A stretch of DNA of 64,000 nt from a candidate division FCPU426 bacterium (GCA_963738405.1 CAVTWJ010000019.1:1-64000), one strand, 5' to 3'. Positions 50,146 through 59,777 are shown, counted from the stretch's first letter. Program-made: numbers and translations. Notes: a model not told the origin generated them from the sequence alone.

Positions 50146-50964
50146 TCAAGCCAACAGCCCCGCCTGCCGGAACGAAAAATGCCCCTCCGCCGTCACGATC
50201 AAATGGTCATGCACCGTAATCCCCATGGCCCTGGAGGCGGTGACGATTTGGCGGGTCAGCTGGCGGTCCCCCTCCGACGCTTCCAAACTTCCGCCCGGAT
50301 GGTTGTGCGCCAAAAGAATCCCCGAGGCGTTGAGGTCCAGGGCTTTTTTGAGGATTTCGCGCGGATAGACCGCTGTGTGGTCCACCGTGCCTTCCTGCAG
50401 GGCCTCGTAGGTTAATAGGTGGTTTCGATGATCCACGTAAAGCACCGCGAAAACTTCCCGGGGTTTGGCGCCAATTTGCTCCCTTAAAAATTCGGCCGCG
50501 TCCCCCGGCCCAGCCAAGGGCCTTCCCCTTTTAAATTTTTCCCGTGACGCTAGGCGGAACAGATCGCCCATGGCCTTGAAATGCAGGGCGCTTTGGGCGG
50601 GCAGGCCCCCAAGCTTCTCGAGACTTTTCAAGTCCGCTTCCAAAACGCTTTGAAGGTTCTTATAAACCGCCAAAAGCCTCTTGGCGTAGGGCTTTGTGTC
50701 GCGATGGGGGATGCTATAAGAAAGAAGCAGTTCCACCAGTTCGTAATCATGCAATCCCCCGGCGCCGGTGAGGGCGAATCTTTCTTTCAGTCTTTTTCGG
50801 TGGCCCAAATAGTCGGGCAGGTCTTCTTCCTCTGTCCGGGAAGGCTCCGGATTTATGGGCCGAACAGGCTGGGGCAAGACCGGTGCAGACGCGGGGGTTA
50901 GTAGGGAAAGCAGGCTTTCCTGGGGGTTTTCAACGGTTGGAGCGGCAGGTGCGACGAAAGCCAT
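50146..50964 (-). CDS. radC: RadC/JAB-domain protein
   Basis: GHRKRLKERF, DYELVELLL, VYPREI, HNHPGG..EAS..D and HDHLIV motifs. Confidence 0.93.
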   Translation of the reverse strand: MAFVAPAAPTVENPQESLLSLLTPASAPVLPQPVRPINPEPSRTEEEDLPDYLGHRKRLKERFALTGAGGLHDYELVELLLSYSIPHRDTKPYAKRLLAVYKNLQSVLEADLKSLEKLGGLPAQSALHFKAMGDLFRLASREKFKRGRPLAGPGDAAEFLREQIGAKPREVFAVLYVDHRNHLLTYEALQEGTVDHTAVYPREILKKALDLNASGILLAHNHPGGSLEASEGDRQLTRQIVTASRAMGITVHDHLIVTAEGHFSFRQAGLLA

Positions 50965-50977
50965 AGGGCCTCCTTTT

Positions 50978-51034
50978 TTGCTTGACGAAGAATACAGTCG
51001 TATACTAGTATACAACCGTATTCTTTAAAAGCAA
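50978..51034. promoter_or_regulatory. Overlapping divergent sigma-70 promoters with a palindromic operator candidate
   Basis: TTGCTT-N17-TATACT toward lexA and TTGCTT-N16-TATACT toward radC; 38-bp imperfect palindrome at 50988..51025. Confidence 0.65.
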
Positions 51035-51060
51035 ATTCTTTTCCACCCCTAGGAGAAAAA

Positions 51061-51678
51061 ATGGCACCCAGCGAAGAAGCCCTTACCGAGATCCAACGGA
51101 ACGTCTTGAACTATGTTCAGGAACATTTAAACGAAAGCCACCGCCCCCCCACCGTTCGGGACATCATGCGGCACTTCAAATGGAACTCTCCCCAATCGGC
51201 GCGCAAGCATCTCTTGGCGCTGGAAGAAAAGGGATACCTGGAACGCGAGGACCGCACGGCCCGGGGCCTGCGCCTGACGGACGCGCCCGAGGCTGGAATA
51301 TCCATCCCCATCCTGGGCAAGGTAGCCGCGGGATTACCGCTTCTTGCGGAAGAAAACCGTGAAGGCACCATGGTGGTGGACCCGCATTTGGCCCGGGGCG
51401 GGCGCCATTTGTTCGCCCTGACGGTGCGGGGCGATTCCATGCTCAACGCCCATATCTTGCCTGGAGACAAAGTGATTGTTCAGCAGACCGCCCACGCCTC
51501 AACGGGTGATGTGGTGGTGGCCCTGATCGAAGGGGAGGCCACAGTAAAAACCTTTCGTAAAACGGGAAACAAGGTGGTTCTGGAGCCAGCCAATCCCAAA
51601 TACAACCCCATTGTGGTGACCGACGACCAGGATTTCCGGGTCATCGGCAAGGTCGTTGGGGTTTTCAGCCCCCGCTAG
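51061..51678 (+). CDS. lexA: SOS repressor LexA
   Basis: PPTVRDI, LEEKGYL, cleavage site VAAG, VRGDSM (Ser) and ATVK (Lys) motifs. Confidence 0.96.
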   Translation: MAPSEEALTEIQRNVLNYVQEHLNESHRPPTVRDIMRHFKWNSPQSARKHLLALEEKGYLEREDRTARGLRLTDAPEAGISIPILGKVAAGLPLLAEENREGTMVVDPHLARGGRHLFALTVRGDSMLNAHILPGDKVIVQQTAHASTGDVVVALIEGEATVKTFRKTGNKVVLEPANPKYNPIVVTDDQDFRVIGKVVGVFSPR

Positions 51679-51743
51679 GGGCCGTTCGGCCCGGGCATTC
51701 GCCCCTGTGCCTCCCAAAGACCCGGCGGTTTAAATTCAAAGGA

Positions 51744-52226
51744 ATGGTTATGTCTTTTTCTTTTCCACTCTTCCGTGAAACCCCTTCGACCTATTCCTCC
51801 TTTCCCCTCAAGGGGATGGTGTATGAAATTTCCCTGAGGGTCCGTCATTCCTCGGATGATTTGAAAGACCTGAAGCAGGCCCAGCGTTTGGTGCAGTCCC
51901 TTTTGAGGGGGGAATTGCTGGGGCTTTACCGCATGCTGGATTTCGTCCTCTGGCCCCAGGGCCTTTTCCTGAGGGTTTCCTTGAAAGAATTTTCCACCCT
52001 TTCCGAATTTCTTAGCTTTCTAAAACGCCAATCCCTGTCGCCCGACCCTTCTTCCGCTTCACTTTGGGACGACGATTTGGAATGGATCCGCATCGTGCCG
52101 CCCGAAAAATTAGATGAATCCACCCGGGGGTTCCTGAATAAGGCCCTTTATCTCAAACACGAACTGCAAACGACGGAGGGTTTCAACCCCAACCTCTTTT
52201 TCTTTTACCGCGATCCTTCCCTTTAG
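51744..52226 (+). CDS. Hypothetical protein, possibly an inactive RAYT/IS200-fold derivative
   Basis: Segments FVLWPQGLFLRV, LSEFLSFLKRQS and LWDDDLEWIRI parallel Y1_Tnp motifs but lack HUH and the catalytic Tyr. Confidence 0.55.
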   Translation: MVMSFSFPLFRETPSTYSSFPLKGMVYEISLRVRHSSDDLKDLKQAQRLVQSLLRGELLGLYRMLDFVLWPQGLFLRVSLKEFSTLSEFLSFLKRQSLSPDPSSASLWDDDLEWIRIVPPEKLDESTRGFLNKALYLKHELQTTEGFNPNLFFFYRDPSL

Positions 52227-52253
52227 CCCGCCCTTAACGATCTGGATTCTCCC

Positions 52254-53213
52254 ATGGTGCCGTCCAGCCCCACGCCCCTTCCCTCCTTCACCGATGTGGA
52301 TGACGATCCCCGGCAGGTGGAATATCTCGAGATCAGGGTCAAAAGCGCGCTTCACATCGTGCGCCGGCCCTACATGTCCAACCCCTTCACCTATACCCTC
52401 AACCTTTACCGGGGATGCCGCCACGGATGCCCCTATTGTTTCGCCCGCTACACCCATTGGTTTTTGGGTTTCCAGAACTCCTTCGATTTTCAGCGCAAGA
52501 TCCAGGTAAAGGTGAATGTCCTGGAAAGGCTGAGGGAAGAGCTGGAAGGCGGAAAATTCGCCAAGCAATGGGTGAGCCTGGGCGCCGCCACCGACCCTTA
52601 CCAGCCCGCCGAAAAAAAATACCGCCTGGCCCGGGGCGCCTTCGCGGCTTTGGCCCGCCACGCTTGGCCCGCCGCCTTTTCCACCAAGTCGGACCTGGTT
52701 CTCCGGGACCTGGATGTCTTGAAAGACCTCGCCCTTTCCGCCAACGCGGGAGTGGCCATGACCCTGACCACCCTAGACAAAGACTTAAAGGCCTGGTTGG
52801 AGCCTCACGCTGTTTCAATCGAGAGCCGTTTACGGGCCCTGGAAGTCTTGAAGGCCAACCGCATTCCTTGCGGAATCCACTTGATGCCGGTGATCCCCTT
52901 TTTAACTGATGGGGACGAGGCCCTGGAGTCTATGGTGCGCAAAGCCTCCGAACTGGGAGTCGACTATTTTTATTTCAACGTGCTTCGACTTCGAGGACAG
53001 GTGGTTCGGGGGTACTTTTTCGAGAGGTTGAAGGTTCAATTTCCCAAGATCTACTGGAAATTAAGAAACCTTTACGGGAGAAACGCCGAAGCCCCCAAAC
53101 CCTACCGTGAAAACCTGTCCGTGAAAATGAAGGCTCTACGAGAAAAATGGAGTGTGAAAAACAGGAAGGATTGGGGCTTCCCGGGGGATCAATTGGATTT
53201 CTTCGGGGGATAA
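52254..53213 (+). CDS. SplB/Rv2578c-like radical SAM DNA-repair-associated protein
   Basis: NLYRGCRHGCPYCFAR, TDPYQPAE and TKSDLVLRDLD motifs; C-terminal QLDFF clamp-binding-like motif. Confidence 0.88.
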   Translation: MVPSSPTPLPSFTDVDDDPRQVEYLEIRVKSALHIVRRPYMSNPFTYTLNLYRGCRHGCPYCFARYTHWFLGFQNSFDFQRKIQVKVNVLERLREELEGGKFAKQWVSLGAATDPYQPAEKKYRLARGAFAALARHAWPAAFSTKSDLVLRDLDVLKDLALSANAGVAMTLTTLDKDLKAWLEPHAVSIESRLRALEVLKANRIPCGIHLMPVIPFLTDGDEALESMVRKASELGVDYFYFNVLRLRGQVVRGYFFERLKVQFPKIYWKLRNLYGRNAEAPKPYRENLSVKMKALREKWSVKNRKDWGFPGDQLDFFGG

Positions 53214-53252
53214 TATTCCTGGGCCCCTTCGGGCCTTTTAATTCTCGCCAAT

Positions 53253-53288
53253 AAAAAAGCCCCTCACTCATTGAAGAGGAGGGGCTTT
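53253..53288. terminator. Bidirectional terminator
   Basis: aaagcccctc...gaggggcttt between convergent genes. Confidence 0.7.
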
Positions 53289-53301
53289 AACATCAAAAAA
53301 A

Positions 53302-53895
53302 CTAAACGCCGTAAGCCAGTTCCTCATCCGCGTTGGAGGGGTCCCGATCTTCATTGCCTTGGGCCGGAGGGAAGATCAAGCCAGCCTGGATCTTGACGAT
53401 GTCTTCCAAGTTCGTCAGCTTGTCGGCGGTGCGGATCATTTCACGGCTTTGCGCGTCTGGAAACACGGCCAGTTCCACATGCTTGCCCAAATCCTTCACC
53501 AGGCCCATGGCGGGCGAGAAGTCTTGGTCTTCGGTAACCACGATAGCGGTGTCGTAAAAATCCCGGGCGGCGTAATAAACCATGTCGGCGGCCATGCGGA
53601 CATCCACGCCCTTCTCCATGCGGTGGCCCTCCCGGTTTTGGATGATGCGCCCCAAGCGCAGTTCCAGGTAGGGAGTTCGATCCAAGGAGTCGAAAAAGGA
53701 CTGTTGACTCTTGGCCTTGTCGGAGAAATGGGTCGAGTCGAAAACCGCGTTATAGTAGAAAGTACGCACAAGCTTTCTCTTTTCGCCCGCCAGGGCCAGC
53801 GAAAATTGGTAATAATCCACCCGCGTCATTTTGTTGTTCCGTTTGAGCGCGAAATAGAGATTGCTGCCGTCGATAAAAACGCATACACGAGACAT
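53302..53895 (-). CDS. NYN domain (LabA/DUF88) protein
   Basis: VFIDGSNL, EKGVDV..AADM and TEDQDF motifs. Confidence 0.9.
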   Translation of the reverse strand: MSRVCVFIDGSNLYFALKRNNKMTRVDYYQFSLALAGEKRKLVRTFYYNAVFDSTHFSDKAKSQQSFFDSLDRTPYLELRLGRIIQNREGHRMEKGVDVRMAADMVYYAARDFYDTAIVVTEDQDFSPAMGLVKDLGKHVELAVFPDAQSREMIRTADKLTNLEDIVKIQAGLIFPPAQGNEDRDPSNADEELAYGV

Positions 53896-54037
53896 AAAGA
53901 TTCTCCTTCATTTTTCAATCCACCCTGATGATCCAGAGTTTTATACCGTACTCTCCCGCTTATACAGGCGCAAGGGGCGTCCCTAAATATTTCTATCAAA
54001 AATAATCACAATGAATTAAACACTTTTTTATTTTTAG

Positions 54038-54601
54038 TTACTTAAATTTTATGGGATTTTCCATTTTGAACAATTCGAGGTATTGGAAAGCGGCGACCAC
54101 CAGGGCGTGCCGGATCTTCCCGGACCTGATCATGGAAGGAATCGCGTCCAGGTCCACTTCGCTCACTTCCAACTCCTCGGCATCGTCCAGTTTCAGGTCC
54201 GCCACCTTCCGGGCCCCCAAGGCTAGATAGAGATAGCAGCTGTTATCCAGAATCGCCGGATTGGGGTAGGTTTCGCCGATGAGATGCCATTCCGCGGCTT
54301 CATGTCCCGTTTCCTCCAACAGCTCCCTTTTCGCGGCCACCAGGGGCTGAAGGTCCCGGGCGTCCACCGCCCCTCCGGGAATTTCCAGGCTGAAATCCTG
54401 CTTACCGTGCCGGAATTGGTTCACCAACAACACTTTCCGTTCAGGGGTGAGGGCGACGATGTTGGTCCAGGAATGGGTCGCGAAAACATAAAAGGGATGC
54501 TCCACACCCGTGAGGGGGGAAGCGCTCTGCCGCACCAAAACCTTGAAGTAACCGCAGTCATAAGCCACCTTCTCACCCAGTAGTTTCCAAGGTTCGATCA
54601 T
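54038..54601 (-). CDS. NUDIX hydrolase (ADP-ribose pyrophosphatase-like)
   Basis: EIPGG...AAKRELLEETG Nudix box. Confidence 0.9.
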   Translation of the reverse strand: MIEPWKLLGEKVAYDCGYFKVLVRQSASPLTGVEHPFYVFATHSWTNIVALTPERKVLLVNQFRHGKQDFSLEIPGGAVDARDLQPLVAAKRELLEETGHEAAEWHLIGETYPNPAILDNSCYLYLALGARKVADLKLDDAEELEVSEVDLDAIPSMIRSGKIRHALVVAAFQYLELFKMENPIKFK

Positions 54602-55785
54602 TTTTTTCCTTTTTGATGTTTATGTTTTTTGTGCTTGTCCTTTTTCTTATGCTTCTTTTTATCTTTTTGGTCCTTCTGCTTTTTGGATTTTTTTACGGTT
54701 TTCTTTCGGGCCGCTGTCTTGGCCGCCACTGGTTTTGCGGCCGACAGGCCGCCGCCTGACAAGCGGATGCCTGACATGAAAACGGCGTGAACCCCCTCGT
54801 CGGTCGCGGCTTTGACGATGGGCAGGCCAAAGTTGACGACGTAAAGTTTTTGGGCCTTGGCCGCCACGGGCTTGGGAAGCTGGGGCCCGTCACCCGCCGA
54901 GCAATTCAAAACCGCCTGCCGGGGGTTGCGGATTCCCGGGATGGTGGTGGAGACTTCAGGATAGGCCAGTGTCCACTTGAGGGCGGCCTCCCCCAGTGTC
55001 ATTTTCTTTCCCTGCAGGAATTTTAGTTTTTCCACTTTTTTAAGCGCGGTCTTGAGGTTCTCGCCTTGGTAAAGCCTTGCGCGATGGTCATCCCCCGCAA
55101 ACCGGGTTTTGAGGTTGAACCTTCCGCTCAAGGCGCCGAAGGCCAGGGGAACCCGGGCGATGATTCCCACCCCGTATTGTCCCGCCAGGGGAAAAACCTT
55201 CCGGATCGGATCCTGGTAGAACAGGTTGAAGAAGATTTGGAGCGTATCGACCTGCCTCCATCGGATAAGGTCGTTGGCTTCGTCGCTTCCCTTGTCCCTG
55301 AGGGAAATTCCAAAGGCCTGGATCTTGCCGTCCCTTTTTAATTTTGCCACCGCCGACAGCAGGGGTTCGCTTTGGGCATTCCATTGGGTGCTCCAAGTGT
55401 GCAGCTGCTGAACCTGCAGGCATTCCACCCCAAGGTTCTTGAGGGATTCCTCGGTTTTGGAAATAACCCAATCGGCGGGGAAGGCTTCGGAAAGAGGCGT
55501 TCCCGGCTTGACATCCCACTGGCAATTCTTGGGGGGAATCTTGGAGGCAAGGACTGGTTTTTCGGACCGGTCCCTTAAGACGGAAGCGATCAGTTTTTCG
55601 CTGTGTCCGTCTCCATAGACGAGGGCCGTATCGATAAACTGACAGCCCATGTCCAGGGCCTGATGCAGGGCCAACCGTGAATCGGTGTCGTCCTGGGGCC
55701 CCCACATGGAGCCCCCGATGGCCCAAGCTCCGAAGCCGATTTCACTGACTTGTAAACCCGTGTTTCCTAAGGCGCGGTAACGCAT
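54598..55785 (-). CDS. Aldo/keto reductase with a Lys/His-rich C-terminal tail
   Basis: LGNTGLQVSEIGFGAW, IDTALVYGDGHSE and TIPGIRN motifs. Confidence 0.9.
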   Translation of the reverse strand: MRYRALGNTGLQVSEIGFGAWAIGGSMWGPQDDTDSRLALHQALDMGCQFIDTALVYGDGHSEKLIASVLRDRSEKPVLASKIPPKNCQWDVKPGTPLSEAFPADWVISKTEESLKNLGVECLQVQQLHTWSTQWNAQSEPLLSAVAKLKRDGKIQAFGISLRDKGSDEANDLIRWRQVDTLQIFFNLFYQDPIRKVFPLAGQYGVGIIARVPLAFGALSGRFNLKTRFAGDDHRARLYQGENLKTALKKVEKLKFLQGKKMTLGEAALKWTLAYPEVSTTIPGIRNPRQAVLNCSAGDGPQLPKPVAAKAQKLYVVNFGLPIVKAATDEGVHAVFMSGIRLSGGGLSAAKPVAAKTAARKKTVKKSKKQKDQKDKKKHKKKDKHKKHKHQKGKK

Positions 55786-55903
55786 GGATTCCCTCCCTGA
55801 CTTTTCCAGTAAACAGGCATTAAATAAAATGACACTTTTGAATAGGGCAAAGATGTTGTCGGCTTATTCTTTTCGTTAGGTGGGGAAAAAACAAGTGGAA
55901 CGG

Positions 55904-57010
55904 CTATGGAAGCGCTTTGTGCCTTCGAACGGGTTTTTCCTGGGGGAGGTAGACTTCCCGGTAAATGGCCAGGAAAGCCAGCCCCAGGGCCAGGATAATG
56001 GGCCCAAGAAAAATGCCTAAAAGCCCGTAAACCTTCAGTCCGCCGATGGTGGTAAAGAAAAGCCAAAAGGCTGAAATTTTCGCCTCGTTGCCGATGAGCC
56101 AGGGGCGCAAAATTTGATCCAGCACCGTCAAAACGATCCCCCAAAGCAACAGCCCCACGAAAGGGCCGATCATCCCCTGGTATAAAAGCCAAACGCAGGA
56201 AGGGATCCAAACCGAAGCCGCCCCCAGGAATGGGATGAAGGCATTGATGAAAGCCACGAGCCCCAAGAGAATCGGAATGGGCATTCCCACCACCACGAAA
56301 CCAAGCCCTGCCAGGAAGCCCTGCAGGATGGAGGAAAGGAAAATAGCCCTGACCACCGCGGTCACCGTGACCGAAAAAACATGAACCATCTTGTCCCGGT
56401 GCTTCGCCTCCATGGGCAAAAACTCAATGGTTTTCAATGCCAGCCGTGAACCGTCCCGGAAGAAGAAAAACAAGGCGACGGTGGTGAAGATAATTTCCAG
56501 CAGAAGGCTCGCAAGGTTTCGGATGACATAAGAGACCTTGTCCAAAATCATATCCGAAAGGCTCTGCATCAAGTTGGCCATTTCCCTTAAAAGGCCCGCC
56601 TCGGCCTGGGGATTATCCAGCCCCATCGCGCTTAAGAGCGGCCCAAAGTTCCATGTTTTCAATTGAGTCAAAAGCCATAGGCTTTTTTCGTCCCAATGGG
56701 TGGTGGATAAAAAGGTATAGGCCCAGTGAAGCTCAGGCCCCAAATAGAGGACAACAAAAAAACCGGGAAGGGCCAGGATCCCCAAGACGACCAGGGTGGA
56801 CAACAGGGCCGAAAGATTCACCCGGCCCCTGGTCCATCGAAGGAAAAAAGAAAAGACCGGATAAAAAACCATCACCAGAATGGTCGCCCAGACGAAGGAA
56901 CGCAAAAAGGGCTCAAGGATGGTGAAAAGAAGGCTCAAGAGAAAAATCAACAGCACGAAAAAGGCCACCACGAAGATGTTTTGCCGGGAAATTTGAAATT
57001 GAGGGATCAT
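55904..57010 (-). CDS. AI-2E family transporter
   Basis: FFFFRDG, FIPFLGAA.VWIP, DQILRP and GG..YG.LGIFLGP motifs. Confidence 0.9.
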   Translation of the reverse strand: MIPQFQISRQNIFVVAFFVLLIFLLSLLFTILEPFLRSFVWATILVMVFYPVFSFFLRWTRGRVNLSALLSTLVVLGILALPGFFVVLYLGPELHWAYTFLSTTHWDEKSLWLLTQLKTWNFGPLLSAMGLDNPQAEAGLLREMANLMQSLSDMILDKVSYVIRNLASLLLEIIFTTVALFFFFRDGSRLALKTIEFLPMEAKHRDKMVHVFSVTVTAVVRAIFLSSILQGFLAGLGFVVVGMPIPILLGLVAFINAFIPFLGAASVWIPSCVWLLYQGMIGPFVGLLLWGIVLTVLDQILRPWLIGNEAKISAFWLFFTTIGGLKVYGLLGIFLGPIILALGLAFLAIYREVYLPQEKPVRRHKALP

Positions 57011-57159
57011 GATGGCCTTGAGTCGTATGGGTTTAACGGGTAAGTCTTTTCTTAGGCGGGGTTATTCTATCTAAAAAGGATAAGGACGCTAAAAAGATTC
57101 GTCCCTACCCGCACATTTGCTTGTAACCGCCTCCCCAAAAAACGGATAATCTTTGAACA

Positions 57160-57795
57160 ATGCCCCGCAAACCAAAGAAAACCACAGCTCTCCCCCTCTT
57201 CGCTCCCGGCTTTTGGCCCCAAGCCCTGACGGAAGCCTGGGCCCTTATCTTTTTTTCATGCGCTTTCGCCCTTCTCTTCAACGCCTTTTACCCGGACGGC
57301 ATTGAATTGAAGTACAAGGAACCCAAGAAAATTTACCTAATGGATTTTTTGGTTCAAAAGGCAGTCCAGGAAAAATCCGCGACCCAGGCCCCCGTGAAAA
57401 ACCACAACTCCCAATCTTCTTCCAATGCCGGTTCTCTTCCCCCCAGTGATTCCATCCCCCGCTTGAGCCTGGTGGGAGCTAAGTTGAAGTTCGACAAAAA
57501 GAAATCGGTTTTCTTGGACGCCCGAAAGAACGAGGAATACCAGGCAGGGCATATCCCCGGGGCCTATAACCTCTTTTCGGAGGATCTGGATCAGGATGCT
57601 CCCAAGGTTCTTCCCCTTATCCCTGACAAAGACCAGGATATCGTCTGCTATTGCCATGGCGGGGACTGCGACATGGCCCTTCGCGACGCACGGTTTTTAA
57701 TGGATCAGGGTTATACCCACGTGGAAGTTTACCTTGGCGGATGGCCCGAATGGAGCAAGGTCGGCTATCCGACGGCGAAGGGGGAAAACCCGTGA
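57160..57795 (+). CDS. Membrane-anchored rhodanese-like protein
   Basis: FLDAR...Y.AGHIPGA, YCHGGDC and YLGGWPEW motifs. Confidence 0.88.
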   Translation: MPRKPKKTTALPLFAPGFWPQALTEAWALIFFSCAFALLFNAFYPDGIELKYKEPKKIYLMDFLVQKAVQEKSATQAPVKNHNSQSSSNAGSLPPSDSIPRLSLVGAKLKFDKKKSVFLDARKNEEYQAGHIPGAYNLFSEDLDQDAPKVLPLIPDKDQDIVCYCHGGDCDMALRDARFLMDQGYTHVEVYLGGWPEWSKVGYPTAKGENP

Positions 57796-58331
57796 ACCTC
57801 GCCAAAATCATGACCGACCCGGGTCTTTGCGCCGTTTGCGCTATGCTTCTGGCTCTCTGGGTTTGGGTCCATCGCGCGAATGTAAAGACGCCCTTTGACG
57901 GCGAAAAAGCTCTCATGACCCTTTTTCGAATTTTCTGCGGGTTCCTTCTTGTTTACTCCACCCGGGACAAACTGCTGGACCCGGCACACTTTCTCACCGA
58001 GGTGGATGACTATCACTTTTTGCCAAGCCAGCTGGTACCCCTGGCAGCGGCAGTGATTCCCTGGATCGAGTTTTTTTCAGGCGCGGCCCTGATGCTGGGG
58101 TTTGCCTGGCGGGGAGGGGCGGTAGTCTTTTGCCTCTTGATGGTCATTTATAGCGATGCCATCAGCTGGGCCTTCGTGCGGGGGCTGGATATCGGCTGCG
58201 GCTGCGGCCTGGCCGACCCTTCAGAAAAAATCACCTGGTTGACCGTTTTTCGGGACCTGCTGTTTCTGGTTTTAGGGCTGGCGGTGCTTTTTTCGCCCTC
58301 AACCTACGTTTCCTTCAACAAGAAAAAATAA
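57792..58331 (+). CDS. MauE/DoxX-family redox-associated membrane protein
   Basis: KLLDP, PWIE and RGLDIGCGCG motifs; GTG start overlapping the rhodanese stop. Confidence 0.85.
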   Translation: MNLAKIMTDPGLCAVCAMLLALWVWVHRANVKTPFDGEKALMTLFRIFCGFLLVYSTRDKLLDPAHFLTEVDDYHFLPSQLVPLAAAVIPWIEFFSGAALMLGFAWRGGAVVFCLLMVIYSDAISWAFVRGLDIGCGCGLADPSEKITWLTVFRDLLFLVLGLAVLFSPSTYVSFNKKK

Positions 58332-58334
58332 GAA

Positions 58335-59777
58335 CTATTCAAATTCTTTCAAAATGGCCTTGGCCCTTTCTTTTTCAAGGGCCGTGGCGGTGGGGCGTTT
58401 TACAAATTCCTTCATTAACTTTTTTCCCTCTTCCGCCCGGCCGCTTTGGCTCAAGGCCAAGGAAAGGTTAAGGGTCAGGGAAAAGGTCAGGGGGGATGGT
58501 TCTTTTTGCAGCAGTTGGATCAGGGCCTCCCGGTTTCCTCTCCGGCCAAGTTCCGAACTGTAGTAAAGAAGAATTTCCTCGTTGTGGGGGGTGCGTTTAA
58601 GGGCTTCTTGCAGGGTTTCCTCAGCTTCCTTCCATTGATCTTTTTCCGCCAGGGCCTGGGCGATCACCAAAAGGGGGGCCGAAAGATTCGGATGATCCTT
58701 CGCCAACTCTTTTAGCCAATCCAATCCCTCGTCCCAGCGGTCGCTCTCGCGGAAGAAAAAAAACAATTGGCGCAAAACCTCAAGCCGTCCCGGGTCCAAT
58801 TTGACCGCGGTTTGGATCTCATCCCAAGCCAGGTCAATTTCGTCCTGGGCCAGGTAAGTCTTGAAAAGATTCAGGTGCCCCAATGCCGATTGGGGGTGCT
58901 CGTCCAAATACTCGCAAAGTGATTTTTCCGCCTCGGCGAAACGCCCAGCTTGGAGATGGACAATGCCAAGCCCAAGCCGCAGTTCGGGCGGTGGGGCGGG
59001 GCCTCGGGAGGCCTTCTCAAAACAGGTTTGCGCCAGCCCGAGCAAGGAATCGCTCAAAAGGCGCCAGCCCAGTCCCATCAACCGTCCGGAATGACTTTCT
59101 TTTTCTAAAATTTCCCCCATTTTTTTCTCATAGTCGGCCCGCTTCACGAAAAGGGCCGTTTCCTTGCCCTTGGCGTCTTCTCCTTCCAAAACAAAAAGCT
59201 CGCCCATGTTCACCAGCTGTTCCACCACGAAGTGATCCCCCGGAAGAAGTCTCAGGGCTTCCCAATAGGCCTCGGCGGCTTTTTCCTTGGCCCCCTGGGC
59301 CTGGTAGGTCCGGCCCAGATTGCTGTAGATCCATCCCGCCTCCGGGGCCATGCGAAGGGCCTGTTTATAGAAAGATTCGCTCTTTTCCAATTCACCCGTC
59401 GCGCGGAAACAAAAACCCAACTGAAAACAAGTCAGGGGGCATTCGGGGTCGATATTGAGGACTTCCACAAGCCTGGGAATGGCTTCCGCCACACGGCCCG
59501 AGGCGAAATAGGGATTCACTTCCATCAGCTTGGGCCATTTACGCGTGAAGAGTTGAAAAAGATAGGCTCCCGGAACCTTGGGCACGGCCTCCAAAAGCGC
59601 TTCCATAACCCGTGCCCCTTCGTTGAAGTCATAGCCCTTTTCTTTCGCCGTTTCTTCCTTATGAAGCCAAACGGGAACATGCTGGGGCAAGTGGTGAAAC
59701 TGGGCGAGCGCCTTGGGAAGGGTGATAAAGCTGATCTCCGGGGGCACATGCTCAAACGGCTTGGAAGACTGGGTCAC
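58335..59777 (-). CDS. Tetratricopeptide repeat protein
   Basis: Multiple TPR motifs (e.g. YSNLGRTYQAQG..EKAAEAYWEAL). GTG start at 59777 chosen for its GAGG RBS and to avoid overlap with the divergent gene. Confidence 0.8.
   Translation of the reverse strand: MTQSSKPFEHVPPEISFITLPKALAQFHHLPQHVPVWLHKEETAKEKGYDFNEGARVMEALLEAVPKVPGAYLFQLFTRKWPKLMEVNPYFASGRVAEAIPRLVEVLNIDPECPLTCFQLGFCFRATGELEKSESFYKQALRMAPEAGWIYSNLGRTYQAQGAKEKAAEAYWEALRLLPGDHFVVEQLVNMGELFVLEGEDAKGKETALFVKRADYEKKMGEILEKESHSGRLMGLGWRLLSDSLLGLAQTCFEKASRGPAPPPELRLGLGIVHLQAGRFAEAEKSLCEYLDEHPQSALGHLNLFKTYLAQDEIDLAWDEIQTAVKLDPGRLEVLRQLFFFFRESDRWDEGLDWLKELAKDHPNLSAPLLVIAQALAEKDQWKEAEETLQEALKRTPHNEEILLYYSSELGRRGNREALIQLLQKEPSPLTFSLTLNLSLALSQSGRAEEGKKLMKEFVKRPTATALEKERAKAILKEFE

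Noticed and set aside
53302..54601. NYN + NUDIX pair as a toxin-antitoxin or defence system
   Set aside because: Both are common stand-alone families, separated by about 140 bp, with no antitoxin-like partner.
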